Both the position numbers and the translations under genes were made by a program. From the NCBI GenBank assembly GCA_964588985.1, contig CAZPQW010000006.1:1-64000 (forward strand): a stretch of 64,000 nt of DNA, written 5' to 3'. Positions within the stretch are counted from its first letter, which is position 1, and every line of letters starts with the position of its first letter. The notes under the pieces were generated by a model that did no database searches, was not told the DNA's origin, and worked only from the letters and a program-made list of their open reading frames with translations. Positions 45,836 to 56,730 of the stretch are shown one piece after another. The DNA comes from an uncultured Solirubrobacteraceae bacterium. GTDB taxonomy: Bacteria > Actinomycetota > Thermoleophilia > Solirubrobacterales > Solirubrobacteraceae.

Positions 45836-46927
45836 TTGAAGATCGCGGTCGTTGGCGTTGGCCTGATCGGAGGCTCGATCGGTCTCGCCGCGCGCGAGCG
45901 CGCTGGGGCCGAGGTGTGCGGGTTCGATCCCGACGAGCGGGTGCGTGCCCGTGCGCTGGAGCTCGGCGCGATCGACACGCAGGCCGCTGACATCGCCGGT
46001 GCGGTGGCAGGCGCGGACGTCGTGTTCGTGGCCGCGCCCGTCGGCGCGCTCGCCGAGACCGTGCGCCTCGCACTCGACGCCGCCGGCCCCGACTGCGTGG
46101 TCAGCGACGTGGGCTCCACCAAGCGCGTGCTCGCCGACGTGGGGGCGGACGAGCGCTTCATAGGCGGGCACCCGCTCGCCGGCGCCGAGACGGCCGGCGT
46201 GGAGCACGCGCGCGCCGACCTGTTCGACGGCGCCACCTGGTACCTCACGCCCGCCAAAGGCTCCACCGCGGGCGTCCTCTACGAGCGCCTGCATCGGCTG
46301 CTCGCCAGCTTCGGCGCGCACCCCACCGCGATCGACGCCGACACCCACGACCGGCTGATGGCGTGCGTGTCGCACCTGCCGCACGTGCTCGCCAACCTGC
46401 TGGTGACCCAGGCCGCGGGCGTGCTCGGCGGGGAGGAGTCCGAGCGCATGCCGGCCGTCGGGCCGAGCTTCCGCGACGCCACGCGCGTGGCCGGCGCCAA
46501 CAGCGCGATCTGGACCGACATCTACCTCTCCAACCGCGACGCGCTGATCGCGGCCATCGACGAGCTCACGGGGCGCCTCGGCGAGGTGCGCGGGCTGCTC
46601 TTGCAGGGCCAGGCCGCCGAGGTGACCTCGTGGAACGAGCGCGTGCGCGCCGAGCGCGACGCGCTGCTGCACACGGGCCTGCTCGACGGTGTGGACGACG
46701 GCGAGGCGCCGCGCGAGCTGCGCGCGTCGGTGCCCAACCGGCCGGGCGTGATCGCCGAGATCGCGCTCGCGCTCGGGCACGCGGGCGTGAACATCGCCGA
46801 CATGGCGCTCTCGCCCTCCGCCGACAACCGCCAGGGCGTCGTCGCGCTGTGGATCCGCGGCGAAGGGCAGGCGGCACGGGCCGGCGAGCTGATCTCCGGC
46901 CTCGGCTTCCCAGTCGTGCAAGCATGA
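45836..46927 (+). CDS. tyrA: Prephenate dehydrogenase with C-terminal ACT domain
   Basis: [39 protein letters not shown]. Confidence 0.92.
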   Translation: MKIAVVGVGLIGGSIGLAARERAGAEVCGFDPDERVRARALELGAIDTQAADIAGAVAGADVVFVAAPVGALAETVRLALDAAGPDCVVSDVGSTKRVLADVGADERFIGGHPLAGAETAGVEHARADLFDGATWYLTPAKGSTAGVLYERLHRLLASFGAHPTAIDADTHDRLMACVSHLPHVLANLLVTQAAGVLGGEESERMPAVGPSFRDATRVAGANSAIWTDIYLSNRDALIAAIDELTGRLGEVRGLLLQGQAAEVTSWNERVRAERDALLHTGLLDGVDDGEAPRELRASVPNRPGVIAEIALALGHAGVNIADMALSPSADNRQGVVALWIRGEGQAARAGELISGLGFPVVQA

Positions 46928-46951
46928 GGGGTACGGCATGAGGGGCACGAG

Positions 46952-48265
46952 ATGAACATGCGCTTCGAGCCCGCCCGAGGACTGACCGGCAAGCTGCGCG
47001 TGCCCGGCGACAAGTCGATCTCCCATCGCGCCGCACTGCTCGGCGCGATGTCCTCGGAGCCCGTGCACATCGACGGCTACCTGCACGCCGCCGACACCAT
47101 CTCCACGCTCGACGCGGTGCGCGCGCTCGGCGCGCTCGTTGAGATCAACGGCAACCGGGTTGGCGCCGCCGAGGAGGTCGTTGTGCGCGGCACGGGCTTG
47201 CGCGAGGCGCGCGAACCGGACGGGCCGATCGACGTCGGCAACGCCGGCACCCTGCTGCGGCTGCTGCCAGGCTGGCTGGCCGCCCAGGACGGACGCACGT
47301 TCACGCTCGACGGCGACGAGTCGATTCGCCGCCGCCCGGTCGACAGGATCGCCGCGCCGCTGCGCCAGATGGGCGCGCAGCTGAGCGCGCGCGAGGACCG
47401 CTTCGCGCCGCTCGAGATCCGCGGCGCGCGCCTGCACGCGATCTCCTACGAGCTGGACGTGGCGAGCGCCCAGGTCAAGTCGTGCATCCTGCTCGCGGCG
47501 CTCGCCGCTGACGGCGCGACCACGGTAGGCGAGCCCGAGCGCAGCCGCGACCACACCGAGCGGATGCTGTTGCGCGCCGGCGCGGCGATCCACCGCAACG
47601 GCAAGCACGTGACGGTCGTCAACGCCGACGAGCTGCTGCTCGAGCGCGTGACAGTCCCCGGCGACCCCAGCTCCGCGGCGTTCATGATCGCCGCCGGCGT
47701 GCTCGTCCCCGGCTCGCGCCTGCTGCTACGCGATGTCGGCGTCAACTGGACCCGCACCGGCTTCATGCGCATCCTGCGCCGCATGGAGGGGATCGTGCTC
47801 GGCGACCTCGAGGACGAGACCGGCGAGTTGATCGCCGAGGAGCCGATCAGCGATCTCGATGTCGCCCACGGAGCGCTCGAGGGCACCGTCGTCGAGGCGG
47901 ACGAGGTGCCGCTCGCGATCGACGAGCTGCCGCTGGTCGCGCTGCTCGGCTGCTTCGCCGAGGGCGAGACGGTCGTGCACGGCGCCCAGGAGCTGCGCAT
48001 CAAGGAGTCCGACCGCATCGCCGTGGTGGTCGACGGCCTGCGCGGGCTCGGCGCCGACATCGAGGACAGCCACGACGGCTTCCTGGTGCGCGGCACCGGA
48101 GGATTGCGCGGTGGCACGATCGACGCGCACGGCGACCACCGCATGGCGATGCTGGGCGCCGTCGCGGGGCTCGCCTCCAAGGAGGGCGTCGAGGTGATCG
48201 GCATGGACGCCGCCGATGTGTCCTACCCGTCGTTCGTCGAGGACCTGAGCCGGCTTTGCTCATAG
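46952..48265 (+). CDS. aroA: EPSP synthase
   Basis: PGDKSISHR, GNAGT, ASAQVKS, SRDHTE, KESDRI, DHRMAM. Confidence 0.96.
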   Translation: MNMRFEPARGLTGKLRVPGDKSISHRAALLGAMSSEPVHIDGYLHAADTISTLDAVRALGALVEINGNRVGAAEEVVVRGTGLREAREPDGPIDVGNAGTLLRLLPGWLAAQDGRTFTLDGDESIRRRPVDRIAAPLRQMGAQLSAREDRFAPLEIRGARLHAISYELDVASAQVKSCILLAALAADGATTVGEPERSRDHTERMLLRAGAAIHRNGKHVTVVNADELLLERVTVPGDPSSAAFMIAAGVLVPGSRLLLRDVGVNWTRTGFMRILRRMEGIVLGDLEDETGELIAEEPISDLDVAHGALEGTVVEADEVPLAIDELPLVALLGCFAEGETVVHGAQELRIKESDRIAVVVDGLRGLGADIEDSHDGFLVRGTGGLRGGTIDAHGDHRMAMLGAVAGLASKEGVEVIGMDAADVSYPSFVEDLSRLCS

Positions 48266-48906
48266 CGATCGACGGCCCCGCCGGCGCCGGCAAGTCCACC
48301 GTCGCGAGGGCGCTCGCTCGCGAGCTCGGGTTCACCTACCTCGACAGCGGGGCGATGTATCGGTGCGTGGCGTTGTTGGGACTGGATCAGGGGGGAGGAG
48401 CATTGCCTGAGCGGCCCGGAGCACTGGGGGAGCTGGCGCGGGCCGCGGCGATCGATTTCGTCCCTGGCGACAGCGATGACGCGCCGAGCCGCGTGCTGCT
48501 CGCCGGGCGCGACGTGAGCGATCAGATCCGCACGCCCGCGGTGTCCGAGGCGGCATCGGTGGTCGCCGCCGATCCGGACGTGCGCGCCGCGCTAGTCGCC
48601 AAGCAGCGCGAGCTGATCGGCGCGGGCGACTGGGTGGCCGAGGGTCGCGACATCGGCACGGTCGTCGCGCCCGACGCGGAGCTGAAGATCTTCCTCACCG
48701 CCGACTCGAGCGAGCGCGCACGGCGGCGGGCAGCCGAGCTTGGCGCCGACGTCGCCACCGTGCTCGCCGAGCAGACGATGCGCGACGAGCGCGACAGCAG
48801 CCGCGAGCACAGCCCGCTGCAATCTGCCCCCGATGCGGTCACGCTCGACACGACGGGGCTGGGGATCGATGAGGTGGTGGAGCGGATCGCCATACTGGCC
48901 AGATGA
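48256..48906 (+). CDS. cmk: Cytidylate kinase
   Basis: [28 protein letters not shown]. Confidence 0.95.
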   Translation: MLIAIDGPAGAGKSTVARALARELGFTYLDSGAMYRCVALLGLDQGGGALPERPGALGELARAAAIDFVPGDSDDAPSRVLLAGRDVSDQIRTPAVSEAASVVAADPDVRAALVAKQRELIGAGDWVAEGRDIGTVVAPDAELKIFLTADSSERARRRAAELGADVATVLAEQTMRDERDSSREHSPLQSAPDAVTLDTTGLGIDEVVERIAILAR

Positions 48907-50255
48907 AGGTCGCCATCGTCGGGTACCCAAACGTGGGGAAGTCCTCGCTGATCAACCGCCTCACGGGCACCCGCGAGGCGGTCGTGCACGAGCGCCCGGG
49001 GGTGACGCGCGACCGCAAGGAGCTGGACTGCGAGTGGAACGGGCGACGTTTCACGCTGATCGACACCGGCGGCATCGACTTCGAAGACGAGGACCCGCTC
49101 GCGGGCTCGATCCGCGACCAGGCGCGCGCCGGCCTGGCGGACGCGCAGGTGGCCGTGCTCGTGGTGGACGCACGCGCCGGCATGCGGCCCGGTGATCAGG
49201 AGATGGCTGACCTGCTGCGCCGCTCCAAGCTGCCGACGATCGTCGCGGCGAACAAGTGCGACAGCGTCAACGAGCTGACCCTCGCCTCGGAGTTCCACGG
49301 CCTCGGCCTCGGCGACCCGCTGGCTGTCTCCGCCGCCCAGGGCCTCGGTACGGGCGATCTGCTCGACCGGATCGTCGAGCTGCTGCCCGAGGGGGAAAGC
49401 GCGGAGGCGGACGACACGGTCCGCCTGGCCGTGATCGGCAGGCCGAACGTGGGGAAGTCCTCGCTCGTGAACCGCTTCCTAGGCGAGGAGCGCGTGATCG
49501 TCTCCGATCTCGCCGGCACCACCCGCGACGCGATCGACATGCCGCTGATGGTCGGTGATCGCAAGATGATCCTCGTGGACACCGCGGGGATGCGCCGGCA
49601 GTCCAAGGTGGCCGACTCGGTCGAGTACTACACCGCCCTGCGCTCGCAGCGCGCGGCCGAGCGCGCGGACGTGGCGCTGGTCGTATGCGACGCCGCCGAC
49701 GGCATCACCGCGCAGGATCTGCGGATCGCGGAGCTCGCGATGAAGGCCGGCTGCGCGACGGCGATCGTGCTCAACAAGTGGGACGTGCAGGAGCCGGTCG
49801 ACAGCGAGACCGGCGGGCACCTGGACCTCGAGCACGAGCGCGCGCGGGTCGCCGCGAAGCTGCGCCTGCGCCCGCGGGTGCTGACCGTCAGCGCGAAGAC
49901 CGGCCGGCACGTGGCGCGGCTGCTGAACGAAGCGATCGCGCTCGGCGACCGCATGTCGGGGCGCATCCCCACGCCGGAGCTGAACCGCTTCCTGTCCGAG
50001 GCCGTGCAGGCGCGCCAGCCTCCGATCGGCACCCGCCGGGGCTCGAGCGGGCACCGCCTGAAGCTGATCTACATGGCTCAGATCGACGAGCGCCCGCCGC
50101 GCTTCGCGATCCAGGTCAACTCGCGCACTCGCGTGACCCGCGACTACGCGTATTTCATCGAGAACCGGCTGCGGGCCCGCTACGCGCTCGACGGGGTGCC
50201 GCTGATCATCGACTTCGTGGAGCGCGGCCAGCGCGGACGCGCTCGCGCCGCATAG
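48903..50255 (+). CDS. der: Ribosome biogenesis double GTPase Der/EngA
   Basis: Two [10 protein letters not shown] G-domains with DTGG and DTAG. Confidence 0.96.
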   Translation: MKVAIVGYPNVGKSSLINRLTGTREAVVHERPGVTRDRKELDCEWNGRRFTLIDTGGIDFEDEDPLAGSIRDQARAGLADAQVAVLVVDARAGMRPGDQEMADLLRRSKLPTIVAANKCDSVNELTLASEFHGLGLGDPLAVSAAQGLGTGDLLDRIVELLPEGESAEADDTVRLAVIGRPNVGKSSLVNRFLGEERVIVSDLAGTTRDAIDMPLMVGDRKMILVDTAGMRRQSKVADSVEYYTALRSQRAAERADVALVVCDAADGITAQDLRIAELAMKAGCATAIVLNKWDVQEPVDSETGGHLDLEHERARVAAKLRLRPRVLTVSAKTGRHVARLLNEAIALGDRMSGRIPTPELNRFLSEAVQARQPPIGTRRGSSGHRLKLIYMAQIDERPPRFAIQVNSRTRVTRDYAYFIENRLRARYALDGVPLIIDFVERGQRGRARAA

Positions 50256-50360
50256 ACTTCTGCGATCTTCGCTCGCGGGACTCGAGAGTCCCGCCGACCC
50301 TAGTCCCGTCCCGCACGTGTTTCCGCCCACCACGAATAGCTGGAGCTAATCGACCAAGTC

Positions 50361-51578
50361 ATGACTGAGCTAACCGAGAACGAGTTCCTGTTCACCTCCG
50401 AGTCGGTGACGGAGGGCCACCCCGACAAGATCGCCGACCAGATCTCCGACGGGGTGCTCGACGCCGTGCTGAAAGACGACCCCTACGGCCGTGTCGCGTG
50501 CGAGACGCTCGTGAACACCGGCCTGGTCGTCGTCTCCGGCGAGATCTCGACGAACACGTACGTCGACATCCAGGAGATCGCGCGCGAGACGATCCGCAAG
50601 ATCGGCTACACCGACGCCGACCTCGGGTTCTCGGCCGACTCCTGCGCGGTGCTCAACGCGATCGACAAGCAGTCTCCCGACATCGCGCAGGGCGTCGACA
50701 AGGCCTACGAGGCGCGCACCGACGCGAACGACGAGGACGAGCTCGACGTCGCCGGCGCGGGCGACCAGGGAATGATGTTCGGCTACGCCACAAGCGAGAC
50801 AGACACACTGATGCCGCTGCCGATCTCGCTCGCCCACCGTCTCGCCGAGCGTCTCGCGGCGGTACGCAAGTCCGGCACGCTCGACTACCTGCGCCCCGAC
50901 GGCAAGACGCAGGTCAGCGTGCGCTACCAGGACGGCAGGCCGGTCGAGGTCGAGAAGCTCCTGATCTCCACCCAGCACGCCGAAGGCGCCGAGGCGCTGA
51001 TCCCCGACGACCTCTGGGAGCACGTCGTCGAGCCGATCCTGCCGGAACACCTCTACGACGCGGCGAAGCTGCGCAAGAACTTCCTCGTCAACCCCACCGG
51101 CCGCTTCGTGATCGGCGGCCCCGTCGGCGACGCGGGCCTCACGGGGCGCAAGATCATCGTCGACACCTACGGCGGCATGGCGCGCCACGGCGGCGGCGCG
51201 TTCTCCGGCAAGGACCCCTCCAAGGTCGACCGCTCGGCCGCCTACGCCGCGCGCTGGGTCGCCAAGAACATCGTCGCCGCGGGTCTCGCCGACCGCGCCG
51301 AAGTCCAGGTCGCCTACGCGATCGGCGTCGCGCACCCCGTCTCGGTGATGGTCGAGACGTTCGGCACCGAGAAGGAGGGCCGCACGCGCGGGCAGATCGC
51401 ACGCGCGGTCGACGAGGTGTTCGACCTGCGCCCGGGGGCGTTCCGGGAGGAGCTCAACCTGCACCGCCCGATCTACCAGAAGACCGCCGCGTACGGGCAC
51501 TTCGGTCGCGACGACCACGACTTCACGTGGGAGCGGACCGACAAGGCGGACGCCCTGCGCGCAGCCGTGGGGCTCTGA
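50361..51578 (+). CDS. metK: S-adenosylmethionine synthetase
   Basis: [28 protein letters not shown]. Confidence 0.97.
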   Translation: MTELTENEFLFTSESVTEGHPDKIADQISDGVLDAVLKDDPYGRVACETLVNTGLVVVSGEISTNTYVDIQEIARETIRKIGYTDADLGFSADSCAVLNAIDKQSPDIAQGVDKAYEARTDANDEDELDVAGAGDQGMMFGYATSETDTLMPLPISLAHRLAERLAAVRKSGTLDYLRPDGKTQVSVRYQDGRPVEVEKLLISTQHAEGAEALIPDDLWEHVVEPILPEHLYDAAKLRKNFLVNPTGRFVIGGPVGDAGLTGRKIIVDTYGGMARHGGGAFSGKDPSKVDRSAAYAARWVAKNIVAAGLADRAEVQVAYAIGVAHPVSVMVETFGTEKEGRTRGQIARAVDEVFDLRPGAFREELNLHRPIYQKTAAYGHFGRDDHDFTWERTDKADALRAAVGL

Positions 51579-51604
51579 CCGCAGAGCCCCATAACCTCAG
51601 GGCG

Positions 51605-53566
51605 ATGCCAGTCTTCGCCCAGGTAGAGCCGATGACGACGGCCCGCTCGCTTCAGGGGCCGTTCGACTACCGGCTGCCGGAGGAGCTGCGGGGGGGAGTG
51701 GACGTCGGCTCGATGCTGGTCGTCCCGTTCGGCAGGCGCGAGGTGCTGGGCGTCGTCGTCGGGCTCGCCGACAGCAGCGAGGTCGCCGAGGAGAAGCTGC
51801 TCGCGCCGCTGAGGGCCCTCGAGCTGGGCGTTCCGGTCGACCTGGTCGCGCTGGCCGAATGGATCGCGGCTGAGTACTGCTCGACGATCGCCCGTGCGCT
51901 GAACCTGGTGCTCCCGCCCGGTGCGGCGAAGCGCCTGAGCGGGCGCAAGCGCCGCGCGGTCGCGCGGCCGCGGCACCTCGCGGTCGGCGCGCGCAGCCCG
52001 ACCCCGCCCGCGCTGACCGCCGAACAGCAGGCCGTGCTCGAGCCGATCGTTGAGGCGTTGCGCGCGCGGCGCTCCGAGCAGCGGCTTCTGCACGGTGTCA
52101 CCGGCTCGGGCAAGACCGAGGTGTACCTGCGCGCCGCGGCCGCCGCGCTCGAGCAGGGGAGAGGAGCGATCGTGCTCGTGCCCGAGATCGCGCTCACCCC
52201 GCAGATTGTGGGGCGCTTCATCGAACGCTTCGGCGACACCGTCGCGGTCCTGCACTCCCAGATGCGCCCCGCAGCGCGCTACGCGGAGTGGCGCCGCCTG
52301 CGCGAGGGCGAGGCGCGGGTGTGCGTGGGTCCGCGCTCGGCGGTGTTCGCGCCGATCGAAGATCTCGGGCTGATCGTGATCGACGAGGAGCACGACTCCT
52401 CCTACAAGCACGAGGGCGATCCCCGCTACGACGCCCGTGACGTCGCCGCCGAGCGCGCCGTGCGCTGCGGCGCGGTGCTGGTCGCGGGCACGGCCACGCC
52501 ACGCCCGGAGACCGTCCACCGACTCCCGGCCTCGGTGCTCGCCAACCGCGTCGACGGACGACCACTGCCCGCGGTGGAGGTGCTCGACATGCGCGGGCAG
52601 ACCCAGGGCCTTCACCCCGTCACCGCACAGGCGCTCGCGGAAGTCCGCGCCGCTCGCGGGAAGGCGATCGTGTTGCTCAACCGCCGCGGCTGGTCGAACT
52701 TCCTCTCCTGCCGCTCGTGTGGACGCGTGTGGAGCTGCCCCGAATGCGACGTCGCGCTCGTGCTGCACCGTGGCGGCGGATACGTGGCCTGCCACCACTG
52801 CGGCCATCGCGAGTCGGCGCCCGCGCGCTGCGAGGACTGCGGCTCCACGTCGGTCGCCCGTCACGGCGCCGGCACCGAGCGCCTCCAGCACGACCTCTCG
52901 AGTGTGTTCGACGATGGCGGCTTCCCCGTGTTCCGTCTCGACGCGGACGTCGGCGAGAGCGCCGGCGAGCTGCTGCGCAGCTTCGAGGGGGCCGACTGCG
53001 GCGTGCTGATCGGCACGCAGATGGTCGCCAAGGGGCACGACTTCCCCGACGTGACGCTCGGCGTGGTGCTCGACGCGGACGCCACGCTGCGCTTCCCCGA
53101 CTTCCGGGCGGAGGAGCGCACGTTCGCGCTGATCGCACAGCTCGCCGGCCGCGCCGGCCGCGGTGGAGATGGCCGCGTGCTCGTCCAGACGATCGCCCCC
53201 GAAGCACGCGCGATCGTGCACGCCGCCCAGCACGACAGCGATGGGTTCCTGGCAGACGAGCTCGAGCGCCGCCAGGCGCTCAACTACCCGCCGTTCTCAC
53301 ACCTCATCAGAATCACCTGCTCGGCCGTGGACGCACACGACGCGCAGGACGCCGCCGTCGCGGTGCGCGAAGCGCTCGCCGAGGGCCCCAACGTGCTCGG
53401 TCCCGCGACGCTGTTTCGCCTGCGAGGGAGAGAACGTCGAGTGCTGGTGGTGAAGGCCTCCGAGCGTCGCCCCGCGGTGAAGGCCGTGGGAGACGCGGTG
53501 CGACGTGTGACGGCCACGCGCGCGCACGCCGGTGTGAACTTCAGTGTGGACGTCGATCCGCAGTAG
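51605..53566 (+). CDS. priA: Primosomal protein N'
   Basis: FDY, GVTGSGKTEVY, DEEH, two CxxC-pair zinc motifs, MVAKGHDFP; probable leaderless start 7 nt after TAACCT. Confidence 0.93.
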   Translation: MPVFAQVEPMTTARSLQGPFDYRLPEELRGGVDVGSMLVVPFGRREVLGVVVGLADSSEVAEEKLLAPLRALELGVPVDLVALAEWIAAEYCSTIARALNLVLPPGAAKRLSGRKRRAVARPRHLAVGARSPTPPALTAEQQAVLEPIVEALRARRSEQRLLHGVTGSGKTEVYLRAAAAALEQGRGAIVLVPEIALTPQIVGRFIERFGDTVAVLHSQMRPAARYAEWRRLREGEARVCVGPRSAVFAPIEDLGLIVIDEEHDSSYKHEGDPRYDARDVAAERAVRCGAVLVAGTATPRPETVHRLPASVLANRVDGRPLPAVEVLDMRGQTQGLHPVTAQALAEVRAARGKAIVLLNRRGWSNFLSCRSCGRVWSCPECDVALVLHRGGGYVACHHCGHRESAPARCEDCGSTSVARHGAGTERLQHDLSSVFDDGGFPVFRLDADVGESAGELLRSFEGADCGVLIGTQMVAKGHDFPDVTLGVVLDADATLRFPDFRAEERTFALIAQLAGRAGRGGDGRVLVQTIAPEARAIVHAAQHDSDGFLADELERRQALNYPPFSHLIRITCSAVDAHDAQDAAVAVREALAEGPNVLGPATLFRLRGRERRVLVVKASERRPAVKAVGDAVRRVTATRAHAGVNFSVDVDPQ

Positions 53567-53625
53567 TGGAGCTCCGCTAGACTCCGCGTCCCGATAATTG
53601 AGAAATTACGGATGGGGGCGCAAGA

Positions 53626-56001
53626 ATGGGCGCAAGCTGCGCGTTTGCATCTTTGGTGAGACCATGGGCCATAGCCGCGGTGCTCCTCGGGAGCCTGTTG
53701 ATCGCACCGGCAGCTTCGGCCAGTCCGCCGCGCTCGCCGGCGAAGACGCGCTACGCGCAGACGCGTCGGGCGTGTCAGTCGCCCACGGTCCGGCGTGCCA
53801 GCTGCTTTGCGCTGGTGCGCGTGCCGGTCGCGGCTAGCTCTGCCGCTCGTGCCGGCGCGCTGCCCTACACCGTCAACGACGGCGCGTCCTCATCCGGCCC
53901 CGCCGGCGGGCTGACTCCTCAGCAGATCGCCACCGCCTACGGCTATACCCCGAGTCCCGGCGGAGTCGGGCAGACCGTCGCGATCGTGGACGCATACGAC
54001 GATCCGCAGATCGAAGCGGATCTCGCGACGTTCGACAGTCACTACGCGCTCCCCGCCTGCACCGAAGCGAACGGCTGCTTCGAAAAGGTCGGGCAGACCG
54101 GCAGCAGGAGCGCGCTTCCCGCCGCGGACACGAGCGGCTGGTCGGTCGAGATAGCGCTTGATGTGGAGACGGTCCACAGCTCGTGCGAGAAGTGCAAGGT
54201 ACTGCTGGTCGAGGCAAACGAACCAACCTACGAAGATCTCGCCATAGCGGTGAACAGGGCCGTCGCAAAGGGTGCGACGGAGGTATCCAACTCATACGGT
54301 GGCCCCGAGGCGGGACTGCACGCGACCGAACGCGCCGCGTACAACCACCCTGGGGTCGTGATCACGGCCTCCACGGGAGACGACGGCTACTACGACTGGG
54401 ACGAGGTCGACGAACTCGTGTTCTTCGAAGGAGAACTGTATTTCGGACCGAGCCCGGAAATGCCGAACGTCCCTGCAACCCCGCCGTCCGTCGTGGCGGT
54501 CGGCGGTACCACGCTCGAACTGAACGAAGCGGGCGAACGCGCCAGCGAGACCGTCTGGAACAACAACGGTCCCGGCGATTCCGTCGGACTCGAATATGGC
54601 TACGCGCAGGGTGCCACCGGCGGCGGCTGCAGCAAACTGTTCTCGGCCCAGCCGTGGCAGCAGAGCGCACCGAGCTTCTCCGCGGCCGGCTGCGGCGGTA
54701 AACGCCTCGCGGCCGATGTCGCGGCCGTCGCCAACCCCAATACGGGCTTCGACATATACGACAGCTACAACTGTGGTTCCTACTGCAAAGAAACCGGCCT
54801 CGGCAAAGGCTGGCTCACGATCGGCGGCACCTCGTTGTCGGCGCCCCTCGTCACCGCGCTCTACGCGCTCGCCGGGGGCAGCGACGGGGTTCAATATCCG
54901 GCGCTCACGCTATACGGGCACCTCGGTAGCTCCTCCGCCCTGTACGACGTCACACAAGGCGCCAACGGCTTTTGCGGGGGCGAATCGGTCCCCTCGTGCC
55001 GAAACCCGAACGGGTTCTTCGGCTTGGTGGATTGCGAAGGCACCACCGCGTGCAACGCTCAGCCCGGGTTCGACGGCCCGTCCGGCGTGGGTACGCCAGT
55101 TGGGCTGAGCGCATTTCAACCGCTCCTCCCAACCGCCGCGATCGCTCCCTCGGGCTCGCTGAGAGAAGGCGTCGCCGCCGGCTTCGATGGATCCGGGTCG
55201 ACCGATCCATATCCAGGCGGGTCCATAGCCAGTTACTCCTGGGACTGGGGCGATGGCACACCCACGAGCAGCGGCATCTCACCCAAACACACTTATGCGG
55301 CTGCAGGCGAATACTCCGTAACGCTCACCGTCACCGACAGCTACGGGCTTGTCGGCAAAACGACCCACTCGGTCACCGTCGAAGAAAAGTCGCTGGCGGA
55401 AAGGGAAGCAGAAGCGAAGAAGAGTGAAGAAGAAGAAGCCAAGAAGAAGGCCGAAGAAGCAGAAGCGAAGAAGAAAGCTGAAGAAGAAGCGACGAAGAAG
55501 ACTGAAGAAGAAGAAGCGAAGCGGAAAGCTGAAGAGGAAGCAGCAAACAAGAAGGCTGAAGAACAGGCACACACTGGGCTGGGCAATCAGGGCGTCGGTG
55601 GGTTCCAGATCGTGAAAGCCGCAGCGGTTCCCGACGCAGTCTTGGCGAGCGCCGCGCTGCATGCGAGCTCGGCGGGTTACGTCACCTTGGCGATCAGCTG
55701 CCCGACCGGTGAGAGCAGTTGCGCAGGCACCGTGACGCTGCGTACGCAGGGCGCCGTGGTCACCTCGGCGCTGGCGCGGAAGAGCGTGGTGTCGCTCGCC
55801 GCCGGGGCCTTCGACATCCCCGGCGGCCAGACGAAGGTCGTGAAGCTGCGCCTCTCCCGCAGGGCGCGTGTCCTGCTCGCTCGTATGCACGTGCTGAAGG
55901 CGAGAGTGACGATCCTCGCTCACGATCAGGCGGGCGCGACGCACACGACCGAGGTCGTGGTGCCGTTGCGCGCGGTCCAAGCTCACCGCGGCAGGCACTA
56001 G
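53626..56001 (+). CDS. Secreted S53 (sedolisin-like) peptidase with PKD domain, E/K-rich helix and basic C-terminal beta domain
   Basis: EIALD, ASTGDDG and GGTSLSAP catalytic motifs; YSWDWGDG..HTY PKD signature; EEEAKKKAEE repeats. Confidence 0.85.
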   Translation: MGASCAFASLVRPWAIAAVLLGSLLIAPAASASPPRSPAKTRYAQTRRACQSPTVRRASCFALVRVPVAASSAARAGALPYTVNDGASSSGPAGGLTPQQIATAYGYTPSPGGVGQTVAIVDAYDDPQIEADLATFDSHYALPACTEANGCFEKVGQTGSRSALPAADTSGWSVEIALDVETVHSSCEKCKVLLVEANEPTYEDLAIAVNRAVAKGATEVSNSYGGPEAGLHATERAAYNHPGVVITASTGDDGYYDWDEVDELVFFEGELYFGPSPEMPNVPATPPSVVAVGGTTLELNEAGERASETVWNNNGPGDSVGLEYGYAQGATGGGCSKLFSAQPWQQSAPSFSAAGCGGKRLAADVAAVANPNTGFDIYDSYNCGSYCKETGLGKGWLTIGGTSLSAPLVTALYALAGGSDGVQYPALTLYGHLGSSSALYDVTQGANGFCGGESVPSCRNPNGFFGLVDCEGTTACNAQPGFDGPSGVGTPVGLSAFQPLLPTAAIAPSGSLREGVAAGFDGSGSTDPYPGGSIASYSWDWGDGTPTSSGISPKHTYAAAGEYSVTLTVTDSYGLVGKTTHSVTVEEKSLAEREAEAKKSEEEEAKKKAEEAEAKKKAEEEATKKTEEEEAKRKAEEEAANKKAEEQAHTGLGNQGVGGFQIVKAAAVPDAVLASAALHASSAGYVTLAISCPTGESSCAGTVTLRTQGAVVTSALARKSVVSLAAGAFDIPGGQTKVVKLRLSRRARVLLARMHVLKARVTILAHDQAGATHTTEVVVPLRAVQAHRGRH
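55381..55563 (+). repeat. Purine-rich tandem repeat encoding (EEEAKKKA)n
   Basis: GAAGAAGAAGC..AAGAAG units, about 27-30 nt apart. Confidence 0.8.
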
Positions 56002-56055
56002 GTCGAAGACCAAACGCTAGCCACGTATCGGCCGCTCCTCATACACTCAATGCCC

Positions 56056-56706
56056 ATGGCTGAAGAGGACACAAGGGCCGAGCTCCAGACGCCGACCTCC
56101 GAGGAGGCCGACGTGGAGGTCGAGCGCGAGCAGGACGCGCCGGAGCCTGCGGAGCTCGATCCGGAGACGCGGGCGCGCCGCGATGCGGCGCTGCGCCACG
56201 TGCGCAAGTTCGGCGACCCGGTGCTGCGCGCGACAGCGCTCCCGGTGGAGCGCTTCGACGCGGAGCTGGCCACCGAGATCGAGCGCATGGGGGAGTTGAT
56301 GCACGACGCCCTCGGCGTCGGGCTCGCAGCCACGCAGATCGGCGTTCTGCACCGTGTGCTCGTCTACCGCGCCTACACCGACGACCCCCTCACCGCGCTG
56401 GTCAACCCGCGTCTGACGTGGTCGAGCGACGAGCGCGAGCTCGGCGAAGAGGGGTGCCTGAGCCTGCCGACCGTGCACGTCGAGGTGGAGCGCGCCGTGC
56501 GGGTGCGCGTCCAGGCTCAGGATGAGACCGGCGCGGAGATCGAGGTCGAGGCGGAGGGTCTCGAGGCGCGGATCATCCAGCACGAGCTCGACCATCTCGA
56601 AGGCATCCTGATCCTCGACCGCATCTCGCGCCAGGACCGCAAGGAGGCGATGCGCACGATGCGCGAAGCGCAGATGCCGGTCAAAGAGCCGGCGAGCCTC
56701 GCCTAG
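56056..56706 (+). CDS. def: Peptide deformylase (ORF open from 56050)
   Basis: GVGLAATQIG, EGCLS, QHELDHLEG. Confidence 0.95.
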   Translation: MAEEDTRAELQTPTSEEADVEVEREQDAPEPAELDPETRARRDAALRHVRKFGDPVLRATALPVERFDAELATEIERMGELMHDALGVGLAATQIGVLHRVLVYRAYTDDPLTALVNPRLTWSSDERELGEEGCLSLPTVHVEVERAVRVRVQAQDETGAEIEVEAEGLEARIIQHELDHLEGILILDRISRQDRKEAMRTMREAQMPVKEPASLA

Positions 56707-56730
56707 CCACGCCGAACGGGTAGATCAGCC

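Noticed and set aside
50498-51604. Apparent 1022-aa PriA fusion
   Set aside because: The extension is an alternative frame of metK. The same artefact affects the long ORFs for ftsL, gcvH, gcvPB, rsmB and rpe.
55381-55563. CRISPR-like periodic repeat
   Set aside because: It is an in-frame coding E/K/A repeat with no unique spacers and no cas genes.
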